Shown here: positions 9,496 through 19,326 of the stretch, one piece after another | Layout: every line of letters begins with the position of its first letter | Position numbering within the stretch: the first letter of the stretch is position 1 | Assembly (NCBI GenBank): GCA_002779605.1 | Contig: PEWE01000033.1 | Location: 11,686 to 75,685 of the forward strand | Length of the DNA stretch: 64,000 nt | Origin: Zetaproteobacteria bacterium CG06_land_8_20_14_3_00_59_53 | Lineage (GTDB): Bacteria; Pseudomonadota; Zetaproteobacteria; Mariprofundales; Mariprofundaceae | Reading direction: 5' to 3' | Position numbers and translations under genes: made by a program | Notes under the pieces: model-generated | Database searches by the model: none | What the model was told of the DNA's origin: nothing | What the model saw: the letters and a program-made list of their open reading frames with translations, nothing else

Positions 9496-10322
9496 GCTTC
9501 TCCGCGCCAGGCCACCCGATCGGAGACCACCTCGCCGATGATCACGATGGCCGGAGAGGCCGCTTTGAGTTCACCGCATGCAGCCGTGAGCAATGTGCCG
9601 ATTTGGATATCTTCTTCAGGCAGGGTCGCAGAACCGATCACCCCCACCGCTGTGCTATCACTCAATCCGGCAGCGATCAGACGCTGCGCGATCTGCGGCA
9701 GGTTCTTCGCCCCCATATAGAACACAAGAACGGGAAACGCCTGCACCAGCGCAGCCCAGTCCATACGGCTGTCCCCGGCTTCATGGCCCCCGACTTCATG
9801 ACCTGTCAGAAAGGCAATGCTGGAGTTAACAGAACGATCCGTAACAGGAATACCCGCCATGGCCGGAGCCGCCACACCGGCGGTCACACCCGGAATCACG
9901 CGAAAGGCAATGCCGGCGGAGGCCAATGCGCGGATCTCTTCGCCACCGCGCCCGAACACGAACGGATCGCCGCCCTTCAGTCGCACCACACGTTTCCCCT
10001 CGCCTGCCAGTTCGATCAGGGTATCGCTGATATCGTCCTGGCTGGCCGACGGCCGGCCGCCGCGTTTGCCGGCGGGTATCAGATCGGTGCCCACATCGGC
10101 CAGATTGAGCACCTCGTCGGAGACCAGCGCATCGAACACGATCGCATCACAATCGGCAATCAGTTTCGCGGCAGCCAGCGTCAGCAGATCGGCAGCCCCC
10201 GGCCCCGCACCGACCAGCGCCACTTCGCCGGCACGCAATGGATCGGACAAGTTGGCAAAGTTTGTATCGCTCCCAAGGATTCTATCGCTCAAGGGGCCTC
10301 CCGAAATCGCCCGGCAAGCCAT
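9492..10322 (-). CDS. cobA: uroporphyrinogen-III C-methyltransferase (SUMT)
   Basis: VGAGPGAADLLTL...DAIVFDALV...LKGGDPFVFGRGGEE tetrapyrrole methylase motifs. The start is uncertain (34-nt overlap with cbiX). Confidence 0.88.
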   Translation of the reverse strand: MACRAISGGPLSDRILGSDTNFANLSDPLRAGEVALVGAGPGAADLLTLAAAKLIADCDAIVFDALVSDEVLNLADVGTDLIPAGKRGGRPSASQDDISDTLIELAGEGKRVVRLKGGDPFVFGRGGEEIRALASAGIAFRVIPGVTAGVAAPAMAGIPVTDRSVNSSIAFLTGHEVGGHEAGDSRMDWAALVQAFPVLVFYMGAKNLPQIAQRLIAAGLSDSTAVGVIGSATLPEEDIQIGTLLTAACGELKAASPAIVIIGEVVSDRVAWRGEA

Positions 10323-10912
10323 GCCGGAAAAGCCGGATGCTCACAGAGTGCCGGTCCGATGGCGATATCCAGCCCCGATGCGGCAGCAGTATCCTTGAGC
10401 GCGTCCATGCTGTGCCCCGGAAACAGCAGCACCGGCTGAATCAGCACATCCTTCAGGCCTTCGGATTTCCACAGGCGCAGCACCGAGGCCGCAGCGCACT
10501 GGCCGTACAGCCCTGCAACGGCAGGCAGGGGAAACTTTTTAGTGCATTCGTAAAGCCCGGCCATCAAGGCCTGTGCGCCGGAAAGACGGTATAAGACAAA
10601 CATCACGGCACGCTGCTTCATTCTCGCAGCAACGGCCAGTTCAAGCGCCATCCGTGCTATTTCCTCAGGGTTGTCAGCAGGTCCTTCCAGCAGGCAGGCA
10701 TCGGCAGACTGAATCATTGCAGGCACATCGTTTCTCAGATGCCGCCCCTGGGTCAGAAACAACGGAAGCACTTTGGCACCCTCCGGAAGCACATCACCCA
10801 GAAACGCGATACTGACAGGCCCGCCAAGCTCATCGGAAACACGCAAAGCCAGCGCCTCGAGCGCCTTGCGATGCGCCTCATCGGGCGAACCGTGCGAGAG
10901 GAGAATATTCAA
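10289..10912 (-). CDS. cbiX: CbiX/SirB-family sirohydrochlorin chelatase
   Basis: MNILLSHGSPDEAHRKALE...; two-lobed CbiX-like pattern; lies between cobO and cobA. Confidence 0.6.
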   Translation of the reverse strand: MNILLSHGSPDEAHRKALEALALRVSDELGGPVSIAFLGDVLPEGAKVLPLFLTQGRHLRNDVPAMIQSADACLLEGPADNPEEIARMALELAVAARMKQRAVMFVLYRLSGAQALMAGLYECTKKFPLPAVAGLYGQCAAASVLRLWKSEGLKDVLIQPVLLFPGHSMDALKDTAAASGLDIAIGPALCEHPAFPAWLAGRFREAP

Positions 10913-11445
10913 AACTCGATCCCCTGCGTGGCCGGGATTCCCTTTTCAAAGGCGTGTTTCACCATGCGCATCTCGGTCACGGTATCGGCCAGTTCGATCA
11001 CTTCATCTGCCGCATTGCGTCCGGTCAGGATCACATGCATCCAGTCGGGGCGTTCCTCGCGCAGAAAGCCGGCGACCTCTTCGCCCGGAATCCAGCCGTA
11101 GCCGGTCACATAATTGATCTCGTCGATCAGCAGCATATCGAATTCACCGCTGCGCAGTTTGGCTTTGCACAGCTCCCATATCTCCCGGCTGGTGGCGATG
11201 TCCTGTTCGGGGTTCTGCGTATCCCAGGTGAAGCCGTCACCCAGCGCATGCCATTCGATGTTCTCGAAGCGCTCGGCGGCCTTCTGCTCGCCGGTCTTCC
11301 ACTTGCCCTTGATGAACTGCACCACGCACACCTTCATGCCCCAGGCCGCGGCACGGAACACCATGCCGAAGGCCGAGGACGACTTGCCCTTGCCCTCGCC
11401 CATGTTGACGACGATCAGACCCTTGCGGCGTTCGCGTGGTTTCAT
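10909..11445 (-). CDS. cobO: cob(I)yrinic acid a,c-diamide adenosyltransferase
   Basis: GKGKSSSAFGMVFRAAAWGMKVCVVQFIKG P-loop context, then ...DEINY... characteristic of CobO/BtuR. Confidence 0.9.
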   Translation of the reverse strand: MKPRERRKGLIVVNMGEGKGKSSSAFGMVFRAAAWGMKVCVVQFIKGKWKTGEQKAAERFENIEWHALGDGFTWDTQNPEQDIATSREIWELCKAKLRSGEFDMLLIDEINYVTGYGWIPGEEVAGFLREERPDWMHVILTGRNAADEVIELADTVTEMRMVKHAFEKGIPATQGIEF

Positions 11446-12170
11446 CGCTTCTCTCCATAATCAGGGCCGAACCCGCTGCCCTGCCTGCATAGCGGCGTCG
11501 CATACAGCTGACTGAGCCGCCCGGCGTCAAGCATGTCCGCATCACCATATGCGGCATGCCCCTGCCCATCAACCAGAATCACATGATCGGCTACGGCCAT
11601 GGCCTGCGCCAGATCGTGCAGCACGACAAGGATGCTCCGCCCCTGCTGCCGCCGCCGTCTCAACATGCCGATACACTGCACCTGATGCCGCAGGTCGAGA
11701 TGTGCTGTCGGCTCGTCCATCAACCACAGCGGCACATCGCGCAGCATCAGTGCAGCCAGTTCGGTGCGCTGCCGCTCACCGGCGGAAAGCTCGCCTAGCG
11801 GGCGACCCAGCAGGGCCCCGATCTCCATCTCTCCAGCAATGGATGCAATCCCACCCGTATCCCCTGATGCCGCCAGCTCAAGACGCTGGTGCACCGTCAG
11901 GCCGAATTCGACGGAGGGAAGATCGCCCTGCCATGCCACCCTGTCCGCCAGTCCGGCGCGACCGAGTGCAGACAGGGAGCGCCCTGCCAGTTCGACACGC
12001 CCCTGAAAGGGAATCAATCCGGCGATTGCCAGCAGCAGACTCGACTTACCTGCGCCGTTCGGCCCCAGAACTGCACAGATACGGCCTGCCTGCAGTGTAA
12101 AATCCAGCGCATCGACAAGAACATGCCCGCCACGCTGTACACTCAGGCTATCCACCTTGAGGATACTCAT
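11442..12170 (-). CDS. btuD: iron-siderophore/cobalamin-type ABC transporter ATP-binding protein
   Basis: Walker A GPNGAGKSSLL, signature LSAGERQR, Walker B LWLMDEP. ATG 12170 overlaps the permease stop (ATGA). Confidence 0.85.
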   Translation of the reverse strand: MSILKVDSLSVQRGGHVLVDALDFTLQAGRICAVLGPNGAGKSSLLLAIAGLIPFQGRVELAGRSLSALGRAGLADRVAWQGDLPSVEFGLTVHQRLELAASGDTGGIASIAGEMEIGALLGRPLGELSAGERQRTELAALMLRDVPLWLMDEPTAHLDLRHQVQCIGMLRRRRQQGRSILVVLHDLAQAMAVADHVILVDGQGHAAYGDADMLDAGRLSQLYATPLCRQGSGFGPDYGEKR

Positions 12171-13117
12171 GCCCTTCTCCACAACAGCCACAGGAACACG
12201 GGAACACCGATGAAAGCGGTGATCACCCCGACTGGCAACTCGGCAGGTGCGATCACGCTGCGCGCCCCGCTATCGGCCAGCACCAGCAGCACGCCACCGC
12301 CGATGGCCGAGGCCGGCATCATGACGCGATGCATACCGCCGAACATCAACCGCATGGCATGCGGGATCACCAGCCCGATAAAACCGATGGTGCCGGCGGC
12401 CGTGACCGCTACCGCCGTGGCCGCCGAGGCGACCAGCAAAAGCGCCCATCTCAGGCGGGATACATCCACACCGAGTGCCGCAGCATGCTTCTCGCCGAGC
12501 AGCAGGCGGTCCAGCGAAGATGCAAGCAACAGACCACAGCCGAGGGCCAGCGCCCAGAACACCAGCAGCATGGATGATGGGATCGTCGACGAGGACAGAT
12601 CGCCCAGCATCCAGCCCAGGGCCAGACCCAGCTGCCCCTGCGGCAACAGGGCCAGCATCAGGGCGATCAGGGCCGACCAGAAAGCGGCCAGCACCACACC
12701 GGCCAGCAGCAATCGCCCGGGCCCCAGATGTACAAAAGCCATCACCACCGCGATGCCGACGCCGGCACCGATAAATGCACCGAACGACATGCCCAGCGGG
12801 GATTCGGGAAACAGGGAAAGCATAACCACGGCACCGACGGCCGCACTGCCCGCCACACCCAGCACATAGGGCTCGGCAAGGGGATTGCCAAGCATCACCT
12901 GGAACCATGCACCAGCCAGCGCCAGCAGACCGCCGACGGCAAAGGCGGTAAACAGACGCGGCAGGCGCAGCTCCCACAGGATCACCGAATCAAGCCCCTG
13001 ATTCGTCGCAAAAGGATTCAGCCAGCGCTCACCGGCGGACAACGAGATGAATGCCACAAGCGCCAGCAGGCCGAGCAATAGCGAAAACCGCATCGCCGTG
13101 CTATTCATGGACAGCAT
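12167..13117 (-). CDS. btuC: FecCD/BtuC-family ABC transporter permease
   Basis: 316 aa with a 9-10 TM hydrophobic FecCD pattern (LRLPR..., ...GFIGLVIPH...). Confidence 0.85.
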   Translation of the reverse strand: MLSMNSTAMRFSLLLGLLALVAFISLSAGERWLNPFATNQGLDSVILWELRLPRLFTAFAVGGLLALAGAWFQVMLGNPLAEPYVLGVAGSAAVGAVVMLSLFPESPLGMSFGAFIGAGVGIAVVMAFVHLGPGRLLLAGVVLAAFWSALIALMLALLPQGQLGLALGWMLGDLSSSTIPSSMLLVFWALALGCGLLLASSLDRLLLGEKHAAALGVDVSRLRWALLLVASAATAVAVTAAGTIGFIGLVIPHAMRLMFGGMHRVMMPASAIGGGVLLVLADSGARSVIAPAELPVGVITAFIGVPVFLWLLWRRA

Positions 13118-13895
13118 CCAGTGCGGCCTGCAACTTTTCCATACCCTCGATCAGTCTGGGCCCCGGACGGTGCAAGAGATCGGCATCGGCGATAACAAAG
13201 CGCGGTGTGTCATCTCCGAACCATTTGCGCCAGAAGGCCTTGCGGGCAGCGATGTCCGACTCGCCGGAGAGCATGATGATATCCGGCTTCGCCAGCAGGA
13301 CCGATTCCACGCTCACCCTCGGCCCTTCAAGCCGCACATCGGCGAACACATTCACCAGGCCCAATTCGTCGAGCACGCTGCTGATCAGACTGCCGCCACC
13401 GGCCGCCATCAACGGGTCGTGCCAGATCTCATAATACACGCGTGGATGCCCGGTGCTCTGCGCTGCCTGCAATGCCTGCACGCGTGATCTGAGCGCCCTC
13501 ACAGCCAACTGCGCCTCATCTTCATGACCGGTCAGCCTGCCCAGCCGCTGCATGTCATCGAACATCGCCTGCACGGTCAGCGGATTGCTGGACACAAGTT
13601 TCACGCCGTCGGCGGAAAGCCGCGCCATGCCGGGCAGATTGTCGCGCAGACCCACGGCCAGCGTCGGCTTCAGACGCAGCGAAGCCTCGACATACACCTG
13701 CCGGTGATTCGCTACACGCGGAAGACTGCGTACCGCCTCGGGATAATCGCAATGCTCTCCTGCCCCGACCACATCGGCCACCGCACCGATGGCATACAGT
13801 ATCTCGCAGACATGCGGGGTCAGGCCAAGGATGCGCTCGGCGGCCATCGCCGGATTAGTTACCAGCAGAATCAGCGCGAACAGCAGGGATTTCAT
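13101..13895 (-). CDS. btuF: periplasmic cobalamin/siderophore-binding protein (BtuF-like)
   Basis: Signal peptide, then the ERILGLTPHVCEILYAIG...CDYP pattern of cluster A-II binding proteins. Confidence 0.8.
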   Translation of the reverse strand: MKSLLFALILLVTNPAMAAERILGLTPHVCEILYAIGAVADVVGAGEHCDYPEAVRSLPRVANHRQVYVEASLRLKPTLAVGLRDNLPGMARLSADGVKLVSSNPLTVQAMFDDMQRLGRLTGHEDEAQLAVRALRSRVQALQAAQSTGHPRVYYEIWHDPLMAAGGGSLISSVLDELGLVNVFADVRLEGPRVSVESVLLAKPDIIMLSGESDIAARKAFWRKWFGDDTPRFVIADADLLHRPGPRLIEGMEKLQAALDAVHE

Positions 13896-14557
13896 GAGCG
13901 GGTAAAGCGCAGCCGGAAGCGGTACGAACCTTCGGTCACAGGGAAAGGTTCCGCCCGGCGCACGGTATTCAAAGCAGCATCATCGAGGATGCCGTAGCCG
14001 GAACCTGACACCAGTTGCATGTTTTCTGCGCGGCCCTGGGCATTGAGCCGGAAACTGACATCCACGGCCCCCTCGATGCCGCGCCGCCGCGCGCTGGCCG
14101 GGTAGTGTTTGAAACGTTCCAGACGCTGCCGCACGGCAACATTGCGCGCCTTTTCAAGCTCGATGTCTGCTGCCGATGCTGGACGGGCATCACGATGTTC
14201 CTGAACCGGAGCCCCCTGCACGACCGGAGCCTGTGATACCTGCGTTGGCGGCGTTGTGAGCCCAGCCGTTTCGACCTTACGGGAGGCACCTGCATCAGCT
14301 ACCGCTTCCACGTTGGTCTGCTTTTCATCCCTCTGCACAACAGGACTTTCAGACGATGTTCCGGGCCCGGATTGTAGATGCGCCTGCGCTGCTTCCGGAA
14401 CGTCGGACTGTTCCTGCGATGTCTGTACGATTTCCTTCCGGCTGGATCCGACCGGCAACAGCTCCACCTCGACACCGGCAACAGCAGGCCCGACGGCCCG
14501 CATGCCATCCGGCAGCAGAAGCAGAATTCCGGCCAGCAGCAGGCCATGGGCGGCCAC
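13892..14557 (-). CDS. tonB: energy transducer TonB
   Basis: N-terminal anchor, Pro/Gln/Val-rich spacer, C-terminal YPASARRRGIEGAVDVSFRLNAQGR...DDAALNTVRR TonB_C motif. Confidence 0.85.
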   Translation of the reverse strand: MAAHGLLLAGILLLLPDGMRAVGPAVAGVEVELLPVGSSRKEIVQTSQEQSDVPEAAQAHLQSGPGTSSESPVVQRDEKQTNVEAVADAGASRKVETAGLTTPPTQVSQAPVVQGAPVQEHRDARPASAADIELEKARNVAVRQRLERFKHYPASARRRGIEGAVDVSFRLNAQGRAENMQLVSGSGYGILDDAALNTVRRAEPFPVTEGSYRFRLRFTRS

Positions 14558-14591
14558 ACTGGCGACCGCCCACGGCCAGAGCCGACTGATT

Positions 14592-16523
14592 CTAGAAGCG
14601 ATAGTTCACTCCGCCGATAGCGCTGATGGTGGCCGCCGGATACAGACCGAAGACGCCGGATGAGGGCGACACAGCGCCGCTGGTGATGTACTTCCTGTTG
14701 GTAAGATTATCTACACGCATAAAAAATTCTGCTCCCTGCCATCGGTAGGATGCCGTGGCATCGATCAGAAAGTAAGATTTAACACGCGGACGGGTATTCA
14801 GCTGATCGTTGATCATGAAGGAGGAACCGACAAAGGTCGCATGCAGGCCTGTCGAGAAATCCGTTGTCCAGTCGGATTTCACGTCCATCCCCGCCATGTG
14901 TTTCGCCACGCCGGGAATCCGGTTGCCGCTGAAAGCCCCGCCCTGGAAGGTGGCACGCAACATCGTGTAGTTGCCGCTGATCTGAGCGATATCATGCGCA
15001 TGCCAGAAGCCGGAGAATGTGATCACACGACGCAGTGTCGGGTCGACATAATTGCTGTTGCTGCCGAAAAATCCGATGGTCGGATCGAGGTATATTTCAT
15101 GCTTCATCCTTGCCTGCTCAAACGAGGCCTCCACCCATGCCGAAGGTCTGGTATAGCGCAGGCTGGCATTGTAGTGACGTCCCGTCTGCGGCAGCAGATC
15201 AGGCCGGAAACTGGCAGCAAATGACGGAGGAAGGTATTCGGTGCGCTCATCCAGACGCGGGAAACGGATCGATTTATTGTGGTTCAGACGCAAGCGGAAA
15301 TCGCCCACAGCCAGGGAAGTCCCGACGTCGTAAGCGGACAAGCGATTGGAAATCGCGCTGCTACCGTCGTTCAGGGCATCTTTCACACTTTCTGAGCGGT
15401 AACCTGCGGAAACCACGCAGGCAGCTTCCCGATCCGAAAGGACAAGCTGGGTATAATAACCATACCGGTTGCGCTTGCTGTCCAGCCCTGAGACTGTGCC
15501 CTTCACCCTGTCGATATCCGCGCCGGCAACCACCTGTGTCTTTACCTCGCCATACAGCTCTTCGATAACGGCCTTCGGACGCGTGGAAACAGTTCGCAAG
15601 ACGCTCGTCGAATCAAAGGGAAACAAACCGCCGAAATGTGCGAATGAATTGCGCTTACGGTAGGAAACCGGAAGATCGAGTTCAATTGCCCCCAGGGATG
15701 CAAGCAGGCCCGAATCAATATAATTATCTATGCTGGATCCATGATTGTCCGGTTGCAGTGTCTGCCGAGGATTGGCATCCAACTGAGCTTGCGTCAGGCC
15801 TCCAGGCAAGCCGAAGCGGTCAAGATGATGATTGCCGCTGCCATACCACATAAAGCTGTCACTCACATCAGCCTCGAATCGTGCACCGGCATCAAAACGC
15901 TCAAGCAAGCTGTTGTATCGATAACCCTTGCTCTTGTCCCCGGAAACATTCGCGCCGAGCCGCAAGCGGCCTGTATCGATACCGTATCGGGCCATGCCGT
16001 TCTGTTTGCCGAAGCTGCCGCCTGCCAGACGCAATTCCCCACCGGATTGCGGAACGCGCGTGATCAGATTGATTACGCCGCCGACTGCGCCATCACCATA
16101 CAATACCGATCCGCCACCATGTACAATTTCAATGCGTTCGATCTGATCCAGCGGAATCTGCGTCCAGTCAGCCTCAGCCAGATCTGGATTGCTGACGCGC
16201 CGACCATCGATCAGCACAACCTTGTTCGAAGCGGCTGAATCACCAAAGCCACCCAGATCAATCACCGCCTTCGCACCCGTACCGGAGGTGTCACGCACCG
16301 TAATTCCCGCCTGCCCCTTGAAAAGATCGGCCAATTGGGCTGCATGCGAGGCTTCGATATCCGCTCTGCTGATTATGGTAACCGGTTTGTTTGACTGGAT
16401 CGCCGGCTCCTGAACACGTCCGCTGGTGACATTGATTTCACCCAGATTCTGGGTTTGTGCCAACGCTGTAAACGGTACAACAGCAAGCAACGCTGCCATC
16501 CATTTTATATGCTTGTTCTGCAA
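14592..16523 (-). CDS. btuB: TonB-dependent outer-membrane receptor (vitamin B12 type)
   Basis: Signal peptide, plug (ITVRDTSG.., IERIEIVHGGGSVLYGDGAVGGVINLIT), beta-barrel, terminal ...GGVNYRF. TTG start preceded by AAGGAG. Downstream of a cobalamin riboswitch. Confidence 0.88.
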   Translation of the reverse strand: MQNKHIKWMAALLAVVPFTALAQTQNLGEINVTSGRVQEPAIQSNKPVTIISRADIEASHAAQLADLFKGQAGITVRDTSGTGAKAVIDLGGFGDSAASNKVVLIDGRRVSNPDLAEADWTQIPLDQIERIEIVHGGGSVLYGDGAVGGVINLITRVPQSGGELRLAGGSFGKQNGMARYGIDTGRLRLGANVSGDKSKGYRYNSLLERFDAGARFEADVSDSFMWYGSGNHHLDRFGLPGGLTQAQLDANPRQTLQPDNHGSSIDNYIDSGLLASLGAIELDLPVSYRKRNSFAHFGGLFPFDSTSVLRTVSTRPKAVIEELYGEVKTQVVAGADIDRVKGTVSGLDSKRNRYGYYTQLVLSDREAACVVSAGYRSESVKDALNDGSSAISNRLSAYDVGTSLAVGDFRLRLNHNKSIRFPRLDERTEYLPPSFAASFRPDLLPQTGRHYNASLRYTRPSAWVEASFEQARMKHEIYLDPTIGFFGSNSNYVDPTLRRVITFSGFWHAHDIAQISGNYTMLRATFQGGAFSGNRIPGVAKHMAGMDVKSDWTTDFSTGLHATFVGSSFMINDQLNTRPRVKSYFLIDATASYRWQGAEFFMRVDNLTNRKYITSGAVSPSSGVFGLYPAATISAIGGVNYRF

Positions 16524-16639
16524 GTGTATCTCCTTCGCACCCGCCGTGCGTTCATTGGTATGACGGTGTGTGTCCGGAGTTGTTTGTGATCGGAGGGGCG
16601 TCGTTGATCGAGTCAGGAGGCCCGTACCGGCCGCACCTC

Positions 16640-16850
16640 ACCCCGAGGCACATATCCGCTTGTGCTTCAGGCCGGTCTCCTGGCTTGCCTTCATCCTCCT
16701 CTGCCTTGCCTTCCCATCCATGTGGACAGTGGCAGTTCGACAGATTCGTCAGGCCTACAGTAGCGGGGGCTGCGCAGGAATGGATGATGAATCATCGCAC
16801 CTGCTTCCCGTTTCATCCCTCAGCCGTTCGGCATCGGGACACCCAAAGCG
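16640..16850 (-). promoter_or_regulatory. cobalamin (B12) riboswitch in the btuB leader
   Basis: The minus strand reads ...AAACGGGAAGCAGGTGCGATGATTCATCATCCATTCCTGCGCAGCCCCCGCTACTGTAGG...GCAAGCCAGGAGACCGGCC. This gives the GGGAA/GGTG/CCCCGC/ACTGT core elements and a B12 box (AGCCAGGAGACCGGCC). Confidence 0.88.
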
Positions 16851-16904
16851 GGACGAAGTATAGCGCGGCAGGACACTTAAACAAGCGTGCTCGTAAGGTG
16901 TTGC

Positions 16905-16934
16905 AAAAAAACGAGGCGGCCAAAGGCCGCCTCG
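16905..16934 (-). terminator. rho-independent terminator after the hflKC-DUF2065 operon
   Basis: Minus strand: CGAGGCGGCC-TTT-GGCCGCCTCG followed by T7. Confidence 0.8.
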
Positions 16935-16965
16935 TGCTTACATCCTATGACTTGAACAAACCAGC

Positions 16966-17151
16966 TCAGTGCCTGACCAGCCAGACGACGAGCCAGCCGA
17001 CGGCCACGGCAGTGATGCCCATGATGCGCAGTACCTGTACCGGAATCAGCGGGATCTGCCGCATCATCTCGCGCATCTTCGCCGGAAACAGGGCATAGGC
17101 CACGCCCTCAAGCACCAGCACCAGGCCTAATGCGGCCCACAGATCGTTCAA
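16966..17151 (-). CDS. DUF2065-family small membrane protein
   Basis: 61 aa with two TM segments (MNDLWAALGLVLVLEGVAYALFP...). Occupies the conserved position just after hflC. Confidence 0.75.
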   Translation of the reverse strand: MNDLWAALGLVLVLEGVAYALFPAKMREMMRQIPLIPVQVLRIMGITAVAVGWLVVWLVRH

Positions 17152-17166
17152 GCCGAAGCCCCGTCC

Positions 17167-18039
17167 TTACTTGCCGGACTGGTCGAAAAAGTGGAAGAAC
17201 TCGGACTCGGGCGATATCACCAGCGTCGTACCTGCACCGATGGAGGCCTTGTAGGCATCCAGCGAACGCAGGAAGGCATAGAAGCCCGGATCCTTGGTAT
17301 GCGCCTTGGCATAGATCGCCGTGGACTCGGCATCGGCCTTGCCGCGGATGATCTTGGCGTTCTTGTAGGCATCGGCGAGCAGAACCTTCTGTGTTTTTTC
17401 GGCGACAGCACGAATCTCCTTGGCAGCCTCCTCACCCTCGGAACGGTATTCCTTGGCGATACGGTTACGCTCGGCCTTCATGCGCTGGAACACTGCTTCG
17501 CTGTTCTCCAGCGGCAGGTCGGCGCGCTTGATTCGCACATCGCTGATTTTCACACCCAGATCATGCGCACTGGCATCGGCCTTGTCGCGAATGTCGGTCA
17601 TCAGCTTCACACGCAACGTGGCATCTTCACCACCGGACACAATCTCTGCCAGAGTATGCTGACCGAGCACCTCGCGCATCTTGCCGCGTACCATATCTTC
17701 CATACGTGCGGCCACACCGGCCTCGGTACGAGCCACCTGATACACCTTCAGCGGATCAATAATGCTCCAGCGGGTGTAGGCATCCACCAAGATGGACTTT
17801 TTGTCCATGGTGATGACTTCGTTCGGCGGGGCATCCTGCACCAACAGACGATTCTCGAAGCGTGCCAAAGATTCCCATGGCAGCTTGAAATGCAACCCGG
17901 GTTCATTCACCACCACCTTCGGATTTCCGAATTGCAGCACCAGCACCTGCTCACGCTGATCGACGACAAAAGCACAGAGATTGGCCAGCATCGCACCGCC
18001 CAGCAGAATAACGACAGCCATCAATTGTTTGGTATTCAT
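17167..18039 (-). CDS. hflC: protease modulator HflC
   Basis: SPFH/band-7 domain with an N-terminal anchor. Overlaps the hflK stop. Confidence 0.92.
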   Translation of the reverse strand: MNTKQLMAVVILLGGAMLANLCAFVVDQREQVLVLQFGNPKVVVNEPGLHFKLPWESLARFENRLLVQDAPPNEVITMDKKSILVDAYTRWSIIDPLKVYQVARTEAGVAARMEDMVRGKMREVLGQHTLAEIVSGGEDATLRVKLMTDIRDKADASAHDLGVKISDVRIKRADLPLENSEAVFQRMKAERNRIAKEYRSEGEEAAKEIRAVAEKTQKVLLADAYKNAKIIRGKADAESTAIYAKAHTKDPGFYAFLRSLDAYKASIGAGTTLVISPESEFFHFFDQSGK

Positions 18040-19115
18040 TACTTGACCTCCACCTTGCCGGCCATTCGATCCAGCGGCAAATAAGGCAGCACCCGTTCGG
18101 CCACCGATTTATCGACTATCACCTTGTCCGTCTTACTCAGCACTTCCTGCATGGTATCCAGATACAAACGCTTGCGGGTCACATCCGGAGCCAGCCTGTA
18201 GGCAGCCAGCACGCTCTCAAAGCCGGTGGCCTCACCGGTAGCGCGGTCAATGACTTCCTTCTCATAGGCCTCGGCATCAAGTACTGTCTTCTTGGCCTCG
18301 CCTCGTGCCTTCGGAATGACGTCGTTGGCATAGGCCTGCGCCTCATTTTTGGCACGCTCGCGATCTTCACGGGCCGATGCCACATCCTTGAATTCCTTGA
18401 TTACTCGGTCCGGCGGCTGTACATCCTGCAGCTTCACGGTGGTCACCAGAATGCCGGATTCATAACCATCGAGAATCGACTGAATCAGGGTTTCGACCTC
18501 CACTTCAACCTCGGCCTTCTTGGTGGTCAGCACATCATCGATCATCGTGCGACCGATCACCTCACGAATCGCCGATTCAGCCGCATCGCGCACGGTGGTG
18601 GTCTGATGCGCAATATGGAACAAATAATTGCTGGCGCTCTTGATCTTGTATTGCACGGTGAAGGAAATCTCCACGATATTCTCATCGCGGGTCAGCATCA
18701 GAGCTTCCTGAGGAATCTTGCGATTCTGCCCGTCACTCACAGTACGAAAACCGATTTCCAGACGCTGCACACGGGTCACCGGAACCTTCTCGACGGTTTC
18801 AACCGGATATGGAAGATGCCAGTTCAGGCCCGGCCCTTTGGTCGCAATATGCTGGCCAAAGCGCAACACCACGGCTTCCTCATCGGCGGCTACCACATAC
18901 AGGCCGGAGGCGAACCAGAGCAGCAGCATTGCGACAAGTCCGCCGATGATGGCACCCTTACCTATACCGCTGCCGCCGGAACCGCTGTTCCCGCCGCCGA
19001 AGATCTTGGAAAACTTCTCCTGCAGACGCTTGACCACTTCGTCGAGGTCGGGTTGCTGCTGATTGGGTCGGTTCCCCCATGGATTGTTCGATTGATTCGG
19101 GTCGCTCCAGGGCAT
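18039..19115 (-). CDS. hflK: FtsH protease activity modulator HflK
   Basis: MPWSDPNQSNNPWGN... N-terminus, Gly-rich linker, TM segment, SPFH domain. Confidence 0.92.
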   Translation of the reverse strand: MPWSDPNQSNNPWGNRPNQQQPDLDEVVKRLQEKFSKIFGGGNSGSGGSGIGKGAIIGGLVAMLLLWFASGLYVVAADEEAVVLRFGQHIATKGPGLNWHLPYPVETVEKVPVTRVQRLEIGFRTVSDGQNRKIPQEALMLTRDENIVEISFTVQYKIKSASNYLFHIAHQTTTVRDAAESAIREVIGRTMIDDVLTTKKAEVEVEVETLIQSILDGYESGILVTTVKLQDVQPPDRVIKEFKDVASAREDRERAKNEAQAYANDVIPKARGEAKKTVLDAEAYEKEVIDRATGEATGFESVLAAYRLAPDVTRKRLYLDTMQEVLSKTDKVIVDKSVAERVLPYLPLDRMAGKVEVK

Positions 19116-19326
19116 GTTGCCTCCACTAATAAAGTTCCGGACTTTCGGGTTGAGCGCAGCAGTTTAACACCGGCCACACTCGATGCACCCCCCAATCCTT
19201 CATGGACATTTGCCTGATGCAGCTATCTGCACGCATCGTGCAAATGGCGTCGCACAAGCCCTGCGCCGCTGCTACCATGCGTCCATGTTGCGCAAAGCCA
19301 TGCCCCGCAATCAGGAGAGTTAAGCC

